64,000 nt of DNA from Vicugna vicugna (lineage: Eukaryota). The DNA lies in contig MU058844.1 in NCBI GenBank assembly GCA_013265495.1, positions 6,323,260 through 6,387,259 of the forward strand, written 5' to 3'. Under the pieces are notes generated by a model. It did not search any database, was not told the DNA's origin, and saw only the letters and a program-made list of their open reading frames with translations. The translations under genes and the position numbers were made by a program. Below, piece after piece: positions 63,240-64,000 of this stretch (the first letter of the stretch is position 1; every line of letters starts with the position of its first letter).

Positions 63240-64000
63240 GCAATGGATGCACATAAGAAATGGGAAGCATTTTTTAAAAGTCATCCCAGCCACAACAGTG
63301 ATATCCAATGAACTGTGAAACTTTTTTCGTTTTTGTCTGTTTTAAAATTCTCTTTCATAATGTATTTTTACAACTGCTTTAATCATTATACAAATACATT
63401 AAACTTTAGTACCTAGATAACTTAGATACCTAATAGGTTTTATGCAAAGGAAGATGTGATGTAAAACTGAATATAAAGAAGAGCCTTGACTGATTAACAG
63501 TACCGTTTTGTCTCTTTCGTCAGAGTTAACGGGGAACTGCGGTAATTAGGGACGGGGGGAGGGGAAGCAGGCGTGAGGGTAAGGGCATCTCAGGAGAAAG
63601 ACAGGAATTTTACTAAATTTAGCGGACTTCTTGTTGCCTTACATTCATCTTACTTAATACTTCCTTATTAAAATTCATCTTAATAGTATGATGTTCTTTT
63701 AAAACTTGATCAAGTATTAAAAATACCTATCTCTTTTATTTTGGAATCCTGACAACTTAAAATAGTATGATTGAGTCATATCCAGCAGTCAACACAGGAC
63801 ACTTCAGAACCATTTTTTAAAAACCCCGTCCGTGGAAATAATTTTACGTATACACCTAAGAATTCCAAAATAAAGATGCTGTGGTCTGAAATACAGCCAG
63901 GAAGCCAAAAATTTAGTGTGTTAAAATAAAAACCAATTTTCGGGTCTTTCTGAATAAGTGACTGAGATTTAACTGATTTTCTCTAGCCTTTGCGCCTTTA

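Noticed and set aside
1..64000. CRISPR arrays, operons, prokaryotic/viral systems, tRNA/rRNA genes, processed pseudogenes
   Set aside because: I saw no regularly spaced repeat-spacer structure, long intronless ORFs or recognisable structural RNA genes. The content is typical mammalian intron and intergenic DNA.

Overview
This is AT-rich mammalian (eukaryotic) genomic DNA, not a prokaryotic or accessory region. The only protein-coding gene I can support is ALX1 (CART1; paired-like homeobox with a C-terminal OAR motif) on the minus strand. Exon 2 is at 62008-62312, exon 3 at 58863-58991 (missed by the ORF track, which reads it in the wrong frame) and the exon 4 CDS at 44528-44848. All splice junctions are GT-AG and the frame is intact; exon 1 lies beyond the right edge. 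Positions ~1-43500 are downstream intergenic sequence, where clusters of ancient repeats (L2, MIR, MLT1, MER21, L1MC, hAT elements) alternate with repeat-poor blocks carrying homeodomain/TALE/E-box motif clusters. I saw no Alu, B1/B2, Can-SINE, Bov-tA or PRE-1. One well-preserved L1 3' end resembles camelid L1, which suggests an artiodactyl, possibly camelid, genome (inference). I found no convincing novel biological system. The best leads are a perfect 20-bp duplication of a PAX3/7-type TAATTGATTA site, an atypical exon 3 acceptor, a G-run cluster after the exon 2 donor, an apparent Y>F change in ALX1, candidate enhancers and an unexplained CpG-rich insert. Repeat family names come from recalled consensus sequences, and repeat boundaries are approximate unless a TSD is given.
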